Shown: positions 37,501 to 45,959 of the stretch, piece after piece
Position numbering within the stretch: the stretch's first letter is position 1
Layout: the number at the start of each line of letters is the position of its first letter
Origin: Nitrospirota bacterium
GTDB lineage: Bacteria; Nitrospirota; UBA9217
Length of the DNA stretch: 64,000 nt
Reading direction: 5' to 3'
Assembly: GCA_963754875.1 (NCBI GenBank)
Contig: CAVWHO010000022.1
Span: 32,001-96,000 of the forward strand
The notes under the pieces: generated by a model
The model's database searches: none
Told to the model about the DNA's origin: nothing
Seen by the model: the letters and a program-made list of their open reading frames with translations, nothing else
Translations under genes and position numbers: made by a program

Positions 37501-40500
37501 CTGGGTCGTCACGCTCCCCGCGAGGTTCGCACCCACCTGGATGGGAAGGCCCGTGACGTTTACAAACGTGTTGCCGGTCACCGTGCCGCTGCCGCTGTTG
37601 ACGTACAGTCCTCTGTTGATCGTGCTGCCCGTGATCACGGGTGTGCCCGAAGTGAGATACACTCCGTAATTCCCGCTGTTCGTTATAATGCTGTTCGTGA
37701 TCGTCGGGGAGCCGTTCCCGTAGATGCCATAGGTTGCCGCGCTGTCTATCGTGGTGTTCTGGATCGTGGGGCTGGAGCTGACGAGATAGACCCCATAACC
37801 TGAGCTCTGCCGGATCGTCGAGTTCGTGATCGTGGGCGAGGCGGAGTTTATATTGAGGTTGCTGTTTATGTTGACGTAACCGTTGTAGAGGGGGTACCCG
37901 CCGTACTCCACCGTCACGTATGAGAGCGTCGTATTTGCATCTACCGTGCCGTCATAAAAATAGATACAGCCCCAGTATCCGGGGGTCGGCGTCGCCTGGT
38001 TTGCAGTGAAGAGAATGGGGGCGCCGGCGGTCCCTACGGCCGAGAGAGCGCCTGGTGTGGTGCCGTCGCCGATATAGAGCGTCTTACCCTGATTAAACTT
38101 CACCGTGACCCCCGGCTCGATCGTGAGCACGGGGGCGCCCGAACCGTACACGTAGACATTGTCCGTGACGATGTAGGGGCTTCCGGCGAGAGTCCATGTC
38201 GTGTTCGTCGAGATAACTCCTCCGCTGATCGTCGTGGAAATGACACTGAAGGTTGCAGTAATCGTATGGTTTGAAATTATGTTATTGAATGCGTAGCTGT
38301 TTACTGCTCCGACCGAACTGCCGTCTACCTGCACATCAAACACCCGGTATCCGGAAGTTGGCGTTATTGTGAAAGTCTGGGTTGCACCGGAGTAAACATT
38401 TACCGCGCCTGATGGTGTGATTGTTCCGTTAGCATTGGCCGATGCGGTAATTGTATAAGTGTTGATCGCGAAGCTGGCAGTAATCGTATGGTTGGCGATT
38501 ACATTGATAAACGTGTAAGTACTCACTGCCCCGACCGAACTGCCGTCCACTTGCACGTCGGAGACGTGATACCCGGCGTTCGGCGTCATGGTGAATGTTG
38601 TCGTGGCCCCTGAATTGACACTCACGACACCTGTGGGCAATAACGTGCCATTGGCATCCGTTGATGACGTAATCGTATAGGTCGTGATCGCAAAACTGGC
38701 AGTGATCGTATGGTTGGCGATTACGTTGTTAAAAACGTAGGTGCTGACGGCTCCAACAGACGTGCCATCAACCTGCACGTCGGAGACATGATAACCGGCA
38801 TTCGGTGCCATAGTAAATGTTGTCGTGGCCCCTGAATTGATGCTCACCGCGCCTGCTGGTGATATCGTGCCGTTGGCATTGGCCGATGCAGTAATTGTAT
38901 AGGTAGTGATCGCGAAACTGGCAGTGATCGTATGGTTGGCGATTACGTTGCTAATAATATAGGTGCTGACGGCCCCCACCGAATTGCCGTCCACCTGCAC
39001 GTCGGAGACGTGATACCCATTATTCGGCGTCATGGTGAATGTTGTCGTTGCCCCGGAATTGATGCTCACCGCGCCTGCTGGTGATATCGTGCCGTTGGCA
39101 TTGGCCGTGGCCATAATAGTATAAGTATTGACAGCAAAACTTGCGGTAATCGTGTGGTTGGCGGTCACGTTGATGAATATATAGGTGCTGACAGCTCCTA
39201 CAGACGTACCGTCCACCAGCACATCAGAGACGTGATATTCGGCGTTCGGTGTTATTGTGAAGGTCTGGGTAGCGCCGGAATAAACGTTAACCGCTCCAAC
39301 CGGTGTGATCGTTCCATTACCATTTGCTGATGCGGTAATGGTATAAGTGTTTATCGCAAAACTTGCCGTGATCGAATGATTAGCAGTTACATTGGTGAAT
39401 GTGTAGCTGGTTACGGCGCCCACCGAGGACCCGTCTACTTGCACATCGGAGACCTGATAGCCAGTGTTCGGCATTATGGTGAAAGTCGTCGTGCCTGCCG
39501 AATTGACACTCACAAGCCCTGCAGGTGAAATAGCTCCGTTGGCGTTGGCTGAAGCTGTGATGGTATAGGTATTAATTGTGAAGCTTGCGGTAATTGTGTG
39601 GTTCGCAGTCACGTTGGTGAATACATAAGTGCTTACTGCTCCGACCGATGCGCCGTCTACCTGAACATCAGATACATGGTAGCCCGTGTTCGGCGTCATG
39701 GCGAAGGCCTGGTTCGTACCAGTGTTAACGCTCACGAGGCCGTTCGGAGATATCGTACCGTTGGCGTTAGCCGTGGCAGTAATGGTAAACGTATTGACTG
39801 CAAAACTTGCGGTGATCGCATGGTTTGCTGTTATATTGGTGAACGTGTAAGTCGATACCGCCCCGACAGAAACACTGTCAACAAGAACATCGCTGACATG
39901 GTAACCGGCAGCCGGCGTCATGGTGAAGGTCTGATTCGTACCAGTGTTTACGCTCACGAGGCCGGTAGGCGATATCGTGCCGTTGGCTCCGGCGGTTGCC
40001 GTTATAGTGAACGTATTTGCTGAAAAAGTAACCGAGATGGTGTGGTTTGCGGTGATATTGCTGAAGGTATACGTGGGGTTTATGGCGACCGCGGATCCAT
40101 CTACCGTGACGCCGGCTATCTTGTAACCCGTATTCGGGGTCATGGTGACCACCTGGGTGGATCCGTTGGCCACAGCGACCGTGCCGCTCGGAGAGATGGC
40201 GCCGTTCGTCCCTGCCGATGCTGAAATCGTCCAGATGGTCTGGTTAGCGACATTGGAATAGGCGGAATAGTTGGTTCCATCATACGCCCTGACGCGGTAA
40301 TAGTATGCGGCGCCGATTGAAAGGCCGGTATTGGTTGTGGTCGTGACATTTGCCGCAACCGTTCCAATCACTGAGTACGGGCCCCCGCTGGCTCCGGCCC
40401 GCTCGATTGAATACTGCGTTTCATATGCAGTGTTGTCAGTCCAGGAAAGGCTGATCGAGGAAGCAGAAACCACGGCAGCAACTAATGCAGTGGGTGCGGC

Positions 40501-40965
40501 AAGGGCCGGCGTTTTTGCGTTTGCGGTATTGGAATAGCTCGAATAGGTTGAACCTGCCTTGCAACGTACTCGGTAATAATACGTCGTGTTCTGGGTGAGG
40601 CCAATATCTGAATAGCTTGTGACATTCGCGCCGAGGGTGGCGATCACCGTCCAGGAACTCGACCCGTTCGGCGAACGCTCAACGTAGTAATTTGTCTCAT
40701 TCGTCGCATTGTCCTTCCATGTCAGATTGATCTGGCGGGAAGAGACCGCTGTAGCCGCAAGATTCGTGGGCGCTTTGGGCGCGGCCGCCCATGCTGCGTT
40801 TGCAAAGAACCAAACGAGGATAAATGAGAAACAGTACATCGCTATAGCCTTACGTGAAAGACGGGCTATTGTGTTTGATCTGCGTGATACGCTTCTAACG
40901 ATTCTCATTCGTCCACTCCTTTTGATCGTTTGCGTAATTGATAAATAATATTCCAGAACAAACAT
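31585..40965 (-). CDS. Giant surface protein: 2 FN3, nine ~74-aa Ig/InlB-B-like repeats, beta-helix repeats, FlgD-Ig-like domains
   Basis: 3126 aa; signal peptide ending AWA; APTNLAA..YYYRVR; TITA.A..NG.ISP repeats; EPGVTVKF beta-helix units; SPNGDG and DG.Y.Y motifs. Confidence 0.85.
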   Translation of the reverse strand: MFVLEYYLSITQTIKRSGRMRIVRSVSRRSNTIARLSRKAIAMYCFSFILVWFFANAAWAAAPKAPTNLAATAVSSRQINLTWKDNATNETNYYVERSPNGSSSWTVIATLGANVTSYSDIGLTQNTTYYYRVRCKAGSTYSSYSNTANAKTPALAAPTALVAAVVSASSISLSWTDNTAYETQYSIERAGASGGPYSVIGTVAANVTTTTNTGLSIGAAYYYRVRAYDGTNYSAYSNVANQTIWTISASAGTNGAISPSGTVAVANGSTQVVTMTPNTGYKIAGVTVDGSAVAINPTYTFSNITANHTISVTFSANTFTITATAGANGTISPTGLVSVNTGTNQTFTMTPAAGYHVSDVLVDSVSVGAVSTYTFTNITANHAITASFAVNTFTITATANANGTISPNGLVSVNTGTNQAFAMTPNTGYHVSDVQVDGASVGAVSTYVFTNVTANHTITASFTINTYTITASANANGAISPAGLVSVNSAGTTTFTIMPNTGYQVSDVQVDGSSVGAVTSYTFTNVTANHSITASFAINTYTITASANGNGTITPVGAVNVYSGATQTFTITPNAEYHVSDVLVDGTSVGAVSTYIFINVTANHTITASFAVNTYTIMATANANGTISPAGAVSINSGATTTFTMTPNNGYHVSDVQVDGNSVGAVSTYIISNVIANHTITASFAITTYTITASANANGTISPAGAVSINSGATTTFTMAPNAGYHVSDVQVDGTSVGAVSTYVFNNVIANHTITASFAITTYTITSSTDANGTLLPTGVVSVNSGATTTFTMTPNAGYHVSDVQVDGSSVGAVSTYTFINVIANHTITASFAINTYTITASANANGTITPSGAVNVYSGATQTFTITPTSGYRVFDVQVDGSSVGAVNSYAFNNIISNHTITATFSVISTTISGGVISTNTTWTLAGSPYIVTDNVYVYGSGAPVLTIEPGVTVKFNQGKTLYIGDGTTPGALSAVGTAGAPILFTANQATPTPGYWGCIYFYDGTVDANTTLSYVTVEYGGYPLYNGYVNINSNLNINSASPTITNSTIRQSSGYGVYLVSSSPTIQNTTIDSAATYGIYGNGSPTITNSIITNSGNYGVYLTSGTPVITGSTINRGLYVNSGSGTVTGNTFVNVTGLPIQVGANLAGSVTTQNTIQNIQPGDTLYVLGGVVSTSGTWKSLGLTYIVTDNVYVYGSSAPVLTIEPGVTVKFNQGKTLYIGSGTTPGALSAVGTAGAPILFTANQATPTPGYWGCIYFYDGTVDANTTLSYVTVEYGGYPLYNGYVNINSNLNINSASPTITNSTIRQSSGYGVYLVSSSPTIQNTTIDSAATYGIYGNGSPTITNSIITNSGNYGLYLTSGTPVITGSTINRGLYVNSGSGTVTGNTFVNATGLPIQVGANLAGSVTTQNTIQNIQPGDTLYVLGGVVSTSGTWKSLGLTYIVTDNVYVYGSSAPVLTIEPGVTVKFNQGKTLYIGSGTTPGALSAVGTAGAPILFTANQATPTPGYWGCIYFYDGTVDANTTLSYVTVEYGGYPLYNGYVNINSNLNINSASPTITNSTIRQSSGYGVYLVSSSPTIQNTTIDSAATYGIYGNGSPTITNSIITNSGNYGVYLTSGTPVITGSTINRGLYVNSGSGTVTGNTFVNVTGLPIQVGANLAGSVTTQNTIQNIQPGDTLYVLGGVVSTSGTWKSLGLTYIVTDNVYVYGSSAPVLTIEPGVTVKFNQGKTLYIGSGTTPGALSAVGTAGAPILFTANQATPTPGYWGCIYFYDGTVDANTTLSYVTVEYGGYPLYNGYVNINSNLNINSASPTITNSTIRQSSGYGVYLVSSSPTIQNTTIDSAATYGIYGNGSPTITNSIITNSGNYGVYLTSGTPVITGSTINRGLYVNSGSGTVTGNTFVNVTGLPIQVGANLAGSVTTQNTIQNIQPGDTLYVLGGVVSTSGTWKSLGLTYIVTDNVYVYGSSAPVLTIEPGVTVKFNQGKTLYIGSGTTPGALSAVGTAGAPILFTANQATPTPGYWGCIYFYDGTVDANTTLSYVTVEYGGYPLYNGYVNINSNLNINSASPTITNSTIRQSSGYGVYLVSSSPTIQQSQITSNGTAGIYVTNTSAFTATGNTITSNGTYGIYDGSGAATTISGNSLSGNGSYPARMGILQAGNVNTFGTNGGNGVELIGGTISQNLTMKNNSIPYIVTSNVAVYGSASPMLTIEPGVTIEFSPGTGLQIGLNSYNGVLSAQGTPTSKILFTSSQATPAPGNWTGITLYGPASGSSVLENATIEYGGAGANYSNADLSVGSSSPVLRNCVFRNSAGSGVYFSSATNWPVIIDSEITGNKWGLYSSSSNPYITNTKINSNTTAGVWNASTSPDVDARDNWWGNITGPTYSANVLGTGDRITDHVLYNPWLGQVPTAILSITEAHAMPASLNPDGGNVTFTARISSSATWTITITDGNNTTVNTLTGTGTTIKQKWYGDDTQSVKVADGVYYYQISAVDPTNGSTASVPQGLIMVSRQVPIAYMDPPTDDQMFSGGTVINITGTASDPTDFKNYTLDYGTGENPVSWTTLRSGVTTPVTDGVIYPWNTTSLANGLYTLRLTVTDNAGNVVVDTARVRLFWIQNVAVSESYISPNGDGIKDSTTISSSISFDSAWTVSIKNSSGTTVKTYAGTGTALSLPWNGTDDSGSTVPDGSYTYRIDATSSETNLAATTQTGLLTVDVTAPTAVISAPTANSVLYSIVSISGNATDANFDSYRVDYGPAGGTGPWTLLGTATTPVSNGTLTTWVTEDQTGHLLLTNGNYVLRLIAADKAGNTSMVIQPVTVDNLDLSGVVASSHAIDTSLAQSSTVFFTINSSATVTFKVIPEGQGPTGTPVYQASQICPASGAYMFTWAGKDSTGRTVQDDAYLYILEAADGTRSVSYSPTAPTGSGSINCSQDTYNPYKNDPMTISYSVSQPERISAAITVDGGYVAVNPLKAAPRATGAYSYVWDGTDGAGNVVISGTAQCSVASLLRENYIITSGNTPVISSVKTDPNQVSLSYGQFTRIEYSLSRDANVTITVTSPSGAVVTVVSNQSQSAGSHTIEWTALNASDATDKQFLVQEEGPYAIKIQAVNPVTGQGSSTYGFVNIEQ
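34689..38177. repeat. 768-bp near-identical intragenic tandem repeat, ~4.5 copies
   Basis: Shadow ORFs recur at 35135, 35903, 36671 and 37439 (period 768). Confidence 0.95.
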
Positions 40966-41501
40966 GCAGCGAAAACGACATTCCAGTGTTATGAATTATC
41001 TTATATGTAGCCGATCCACATAGTCGAATAAGAGCACTTCGTGATCGGGCGTCAGGAGAAGCATCCGTATCACTGCAACGGAACAATAGTCCTCTGCTCT
41101 ATAGAAGAACTGTTGGGTAAATAGATTTTACAAGCTTGATTAAGACAGAAAGAACTAACGTAATCGCGAAAGGTCGGTTAACAAGTTCTTAATACAAGAC
41201 CATATTGCCATTATGCTTCGAATACTTAATCGGGGAAACTGTTCTAAGTCTTGTGGGGAAATCACGGGTATGTCTAATGCCAATCAATATCTTAGCTAAA
41301 CTGCAACTTTGATATCATATTCGTGCAATCATTGCAAGAAATTTAATGAGACAGACGGGGTATTTTTGGGGGATGTCAATAAAATGGCAAGTCGCTTCAA
41401 GCAAAATTCAAGTTTCTATTGCTTACTGTAACGAATGCGGTATGAAGTCTACAATTTCCAAATAATGCAACCGTTGCGAACTTCAGACCTTATGATTAAA
41501 G

Positions 41502-41671
41502 TGGCAAGTCCGTCTTAAGGTATGTTTGTGTCAGGCAGACAAAATAGTACCGAAAGGAGACTTGCCATGAATAACCTTAGCAAACTGGATTTCACCGGTC
41601 AACACATTTATGTGGGGATGGATGTTCACCGAAAGAGCTGGAGCATCAGGAAGAATCTCGCGAGTTATTGA
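41502..41671 (+). pseudogene. IS110-family remnant: leader plus first ~28 transposase codons
   Basis: ATG 41567 MNNLSKLDFTGQHIYVGMDVHRKSWSI, then stop at 41671; TGGCAAGTC/GACTTGCCA inverted repeat around the leader. Confidence 0.7.
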
Positions 41672-42331
41672 GGATTGAAATAATTGCAGACTTCAAGCTG
41701 AATTTACGTTTAAGTGCCAATGTTACTGATCGTAATCTTGTAAGCTATTAACGTTCTCGTCAGAAATATTGGACTAAGCCGTTACGCGGTGGCTAAAAAC
41801 CCAAGACACAGCGGCTGAAAAATCCTTCGCCATTTCGTAATCTCTTCGTCAATCCCCACGCTTGATCAATATTTTTTTCCCTATAATCTCTTTCCGTACA
41901 CACCATCGTCGTCATGCCGCTAGATAATCCGACACAGGGAAGGAGATTCAATAATGGGAAAGTTGCGCGATCAAACGCTGGCAGACATGGAGCTCAAGTC
42001 AGTACCACAGCGCAAAATTACACTCATGAGAAATCTCTCAAAGAGGCCAAAAGATCACTCATTAATTTGGTAATGAAAAGCGACAAAGTAAAGGTGGACC
42101 TTGCGCCAAGATTATTAAAGCAATTTATCTTTGACAACATTTTTCATAATAATTCAAAGTTACAGTCCTGGCCAAACCTGCGCAGATTATGTATGTAGCC
42201 CATTCGATAAGACTCGGCGTTTTTTTTCCATTTAGCCACAAAATCTTTTTTAGTGCGATCTGTCTTCACGTTATCCGACTCAACGTGCACCTTAGTCACA
42301 CATTGAATCTGACAGGCTTTGTCGGTTCTTT

Positions 42332-42625
42332 TTAGAGTTCTTTTGCAAATGCATTTGCGTCCTTTTCAGAAACGTGTTTTCGAAAAATTACTTTCGCCGC
42401 CTTTTTCGTTAATGTTTTCGGCCTTAAAATATGCAATAATGTCTCAAGCATGTCCTGCGATTCTTTTTCTGTAAGAACGATGCCGGGATTCATGTCCGCA
42501 TGTTCCCTGAACAGTTCGCGGGCCTTTTTTCTGGAACCGGCGTCGATCAGCAGGCCACAATCGACAAAAAAGCCATTCCCCTTCTTTTTCACTTCCAGAC
42601 CGTGATATTTCTGCTTTTTAGCCAT
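42332..42625 (-). CDS. Hypothetical protein
   Basis: 97-aa ORF with AGGAG RBS. Confidence 0.55.
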   Translation of the reverse strand: MAKKQKYHGLEVKKKGNGFFVDCGLLIDAGSRKKARELFREHADMNPGIVLTEKESQDMLETLLHILRPKTLTKKAAKVIFRKHVSEKDANAFAKEL

Positions 42626-42658
42626 TGATGATTCTCCTGGTTGTTTATTTTTTTTGCA

Positions 42659-42859
42659 CTACGAAAATACGCCATTTTCGATCCTGCCGAGTACATCCAG
42701 CACTTGTTGAAAACCTTCCGGCGTTTCGATAAGCTTTGCCGGTATTTTATCGCCTAATGCCCGGCATGGAGTATTCAGCCATCTATAAAACCGGTCCTTG
42801 CTCTCAAAAGCATGAATTCCCCTCGTCTCGAGTAGTCGAAGTTGTATCTTCTTGGCCAT
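42659..42859 (-). CDS. Xre/MbcA/ParS antitoxin C-terminal (toxin-binding) domain only
   Basis: F....F..WLNTP.RALG...P..L..T.EG.QQV.DVLGRIE.GVFS. Confidence 0.75.
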   Translation of the reverse strand: MAKKIQLRLLETRGIHAFESKDRFYRWLNTPCRALGDKIPAKLIETPEGFQQVLDVLGRIENGVFS

Positions 42860-42929
42860 GGTGAGGTTGTGCCTTTCAATAAAACGCCGGCTCGGACTAA
42901 AGGAATGCCGAGCTGGCGTTTTTGAGTTC

Positions 42930-43415
42930 TTACATAGCATCTGAACAGCTATTCTTGAAATTACACTTCGCGCACTTGTTCCTCGTCGGCGTCCCCTTCG
43001 GAGGCGTTCTCCTCTTCAGATGCCAGTACATGAGCCCTGAGATACGGTGAACGTCTTTTGTTGCGCCTCGAATTATAGGAGTATCTCTCCGGAATTGGAA
43101 CGTCCGATCATTTCCGTATCGGAGTTCCGCTTCATCGAGCCCCGTGGCGATCATCTGGGCGGTCACCTGTAGGACGTCTGAGTAGCGCGCCTTTTGGCCG
43201 ACGTGAGCGCTTTTGAATTCAAGCAGCCTGTTGCCCTCGACCACATCGGGCCTGGCTGATATTTTCTCCAGCTGGTTTCGGTAAACCCGGCCCCCCCTTC
43301 CGTCGAGATCCTGGCTTTTGACCCACCCTGAGACTCCTGCTTTTTTCCTCTTATTCGCAAGCTTCCTATACATGATGAACGCTACTATTGCCGCAGCAAG
43401 AACCACAATAAACAT
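42930..43415 (-). CDS. Cas4-like PD-(D/E)xK nuclease, C-terminal half with N-terminal TM anchor
   Basis: AGGAGG RBS, ATG 43415; TM helix; RPD..EFKS..LQ; CAKCNFKNSC. Confidence 0.7.
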   Translation of the reverse strand: MFIVVLAAAIVAFIMYRKLANKRKKAGVSGWVKSQDLDGRGGRVYRNQLEKISARPDVVEGNRLLEFKSAHVGQKARYSDVLQVTAQMIATGLDEAELRYGNDRTFQFRRDTPIIRGATKDVHRISGLMYWHLKRRTPPKGTPTRNKCAKCNFKNSCSDAM

Positions 43416-43633
43416 ACGAGCCCTCCTATAAGAATTGTTGTTTTGAATTTCAACTGAGCCCTCTGCACTGCCTTGATGCCATAAGACTGATTTTTGTGAA
43501 ACGCTATCCCTTTCCTCGACGCAGCAGAGGAAGTAACTCTCATCTTTCCGGTTTTGATGAAATACCACTGCCTCGGGCAAAAATCATACTGTTTGAACTC
43601 GTTCGAGCCGATGAACGGCTTATTTTTATTCAT
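43385..43633 (-). CDS. Cas4-like N-terminal half with C-terminal TM helix
   Basis: IGSNEFKQYDFCPRQWYF..G..FH motif followed by a hydrophobic tail. Confidence 0.7.
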   Translation of the reverse strand: MNKNKPFIGSNEFKQYDFCPRQWYFIKTGKMRVTSSAASRKGIAFHKNQSYGIKAVQRAQLKFKTTILIGGLVCLLWFLLRQ

Positions 43634-43907
43634 TGTTAACCCCTTCCTTTAAAGATTTGCCTTGCTCATCTTCTTTCCTTCTTTCTTCATCGTTAATCCT
43701 GTCCAGGTTCCGCTCCGCTCTCTTTCCGGCGCTTACAATGGAAGCAAAAGCGACAATGATGAGAATCGGCCTTACATAGGCGCTCTGCACGGACTCGTGG
43801 AACAGCCCGAAGGCGAATAGCAGCACAAGCAGATACTTGCTCATGTCCATGTAGAATTGAGCCACCATTTTTGTCGTTGTGAGATTCATCTTTGGGGTGT
43901 TATCCAC
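43626..43907 (-). CDS. Small 2-TM hypothetical protein
   Basis: RBS, overlaps next gene, two hydrophobic segments. Confidence 0.55.
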   Translation of the reverse strand: MDNTPKMNLTTTKMVAQFYMDMSKYLLVLLFAFGLFHESVQSAYVRPILIIVAFASIVSAGKRAERNLDRINDEERRKEDEQGKSLKEGVNNE

Positions 43908-43927
43908 TTTTTCTCCTTTGACGGCAG

Positions 43928-44593
43928 TTATTCGCGTCGGATCCCGATATTTTCCTGTTTGGTTCTTTCCGATAAGACTTTCACTCTTTCTTCAAATTCC
44001 TTGCTATAGGTAATACTGCGGTTCTTGATAACGACAACTGCGCGATCCTTGACATAACCGGTAGTCGGCTTTTGTGTCAAACGCCAGCCATCAGACTCCC
44101 AGAGGATATAGATTGCCCCTTCCCTCTTCGAAAGCTCGATCAGGACTTTTCGGTCTCGTTCGATCTCAAGATCTCCGTGCCATATTTTCTCGGCCTTGGA
44201 GTTATAGATGTTCGCGTTGAAGATCGTCGTTGGTTTTTTCATGCTTTTACTCGGGTAAAGCATCCTGCCCTGATAACCGAGAAGTTTAACGGCGGCCTTC
44301 GATATTTTTGTGATATTATAATTGAAACCGCCTTTTTCTCGCCTCATGCCGGCGCCTGTGACGCCCGCCTCCAAAACGTTCATCGCCGTCTGCATCCTGT
44401 TCCGCAACATCTCGTTTTCTTCTGCCAGTTCGTTATTCAGTTTCTTGATCGAAATTCTTTCCAGCCATTCGGCGTATCGTCTCCAGTCTTCCGGCTGCGG
44501 ATCGACTTCAACGTCTGTTTGGGCCTGGAAGCGTTGCCTAAGCATTTCCCTGCTTTCCTTCTTCATACCACCTCCTTTTTTACGGTTTTTCAC
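43928..44593 (-). CDS. Hypothetical protein
   Basis: 221-aa ORF co-oriented in the operon. Confidence 0.5.
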   Translation of the reverse strand: MKNRKKGGGMKKESREMLRQRFQAQTDVEVDPQPEDWRRYAEWLERISIKKLNNELAEENEMLRNRMQTAMNVLEAGVTGAGMRREKGGFNYNITKISKAAVKLLGYQGRMLYPSKSMKKPTTIFNANIYNSKAEKIWHGDLEIERDRKVLIELSKREGAIYILWESDGWRLTQKPTTGYVKDRAVVVIKNRSITYSKEFEERVKVLSERTKQENIGIRRE

Positions 44594-44999
44594 GCTGCTT
44601 GAGAGGTAATCTCGATTTATCGCTTTTCTTTTTAGTTTTCATCGTGCCCCTGCCCGTTCTTGATGAGCTCAAGCGCCTTGCAATAGTCAACTCCTCCGCC
44701 CAATCCTCTCCGCATCGAAATCGTTTCCCTTATCCACTCGGCCCTCTCCCTGGGACTTTTTTCGATGATCCCGTATATTTCATTCCAGCACTCCGTCTAT
44801 CTTAAGCTCGCGCGCCGGTCATACCTGTCAGCCCAGGAAAAAAGCTGTATAAGCGCTAATAGTCCTATGGACGCGACAGCCGCTGCTGCCAGTACCTTGA
44901 CTGTTCTCTTGGTTCTCTTTTTCTTGAGATTTACTTTCTTCATACTACTATCCTCCGCTTTTGCCCAGATTATTTTATACATCCAAGTCTGGTTCCAGA

Positions 45000-45317
45000 T
45001 CATTGTTCTGAATGCCCTTCGTTACTTCTTTCATGCTTATTTGCCCCCATGACCGCCCGGTAAGCACCATCGATCATCTCCCTGCTGATGATATGTTCCG
45101 GTGTGATTGCCTGTTCTACGATTTTGCTTTCGTCCCAGACATAGATCATCCACTCATCGTTGCCCGTTTTCTTGCTGCACTCCCTGAGTAACAGTTCCAT
45201 GAAATCGTGAGCCCCTTCGTTGTCAAGGCTGTTGAACTGCTGATCCAAATAATCGTAATCTTCTTTCCGTATGTACATCCTGTCTCCTCTCTCGATTCTG
45301 ATTTGCTTAAGCCCCAA
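45000..45317 (-). CDS. Hypothetical protein
   Basis: 105-aa ORF with RBS before internal MYIRK. Confidence 0.45.
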   Translation of the reverse strand: MGLKQIRIERGDRMYIRKEDYDYLDQQFNSLDNEGAHDFMELLLRECSKKTGNDEWMIYVWDESKIVEQAITPEHIISREMIDGAYRAVMGANKHERSNEGHSEQ

Positions 45318-45325
45318 GCAGCCGG

Positions 45326-45469
45326 TTATTCTTTGCGGATATGCGGCTTGTTCCGGACCTCTTCAACAACCCATCGTGCAAGCGTTTTCAGGAACGCATC
45401 GGCGTGGTCGGGAATGCCCTCCGAGTCGGGATGAAGGATATCGTTTTCTATGTCTCTCGGCTGCTCCAT
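45326..45469 (-). CDS. 47-aa hypothetical, first gene of the leftward operon
   Basis: Hand translation MEQPRDIENDILHPDSEGIPDHADAFLKTLARWVVEEVRNKPHIRKE. Confidence 0.35.
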   Translation of the reverse strand: MEQPRDIENDILHPDSEGIPDHADAFLKTLARWVVEEVRNKPHIRKE

Positions 45470-45562
45470 AATTATCATTGATAATTAAATAATAATAAAT
45501 GGTCATAGAATTGTCAAGTTATTTTTATTGAAGTAGATAATTGATTCTGTTAAGATTGCGGC

Positions 45563-45769
45563 ATGAAGAAGGCAACGTATAGTGTGGTGTTGACGCCGGG
45601 AGTGAAGGAAGCCCTGGAAATTGCGGCACAAAAGGATCGCCGCTCGCTGTCCTCGCTAGTAGAAATAATCGCTATCGATTATTTAGAAAAAGAAGGGATA
45701 CCGTGGGCCGGGAAGGGAAGTTCGCCGGCTAAAGTAGGAAGGCCAAAGAAAACAGCGGCAAAGAAGTAG
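45563..45769 (+). CDS. Ribbon-helix-helix DNA-binding protein, divergent from the small-gene operon
   Basis: TYSVVL.P.VKEAL..AA.KDRRSLSSLVE; palindrome TAATTATCA-t-TGATAATTA at 45469-45487 in the intergenic region. Confidence 0.7.
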   Translation: MKKATYSVVLTPGVKEALEIAAQKDRRSLSSLVEIIAIDYLEKEGIPWAGKGSSPAKVGRPKKTAAKK

Positions 45770-45959
45770 ACAGCGAAAAAACAAGATGATAGCTATTTGA
45801 ACAGTACCTTAGCGGGCAGTGTCAGAAGAAGAGTCATGATGAGATCGAGAATTGCGCCTATCAGGAGCGGTTCTGCTCTGTTCTTGCCATAAGTGGTGCC
45901 TTTTTTAAATCATATTGTTTTATTTCTCGATTATTATGCATAATGGCTGAAATAGTCCT

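Noticed and set aside
35135..37669. Four repeated 76-aa plus-strand ORFs
   Set aside because: Antisense shadows of the 768-bp repeat in the giant gene
41100..41480. Possible riboswitch upstream of the giant gene
   Set aside because: Could not match any riboswitch consensus by eye
41914..42198. 94-aa plus-strand ORF
   Set aside because: No recognisable motif or convincing RBS; left uncalled
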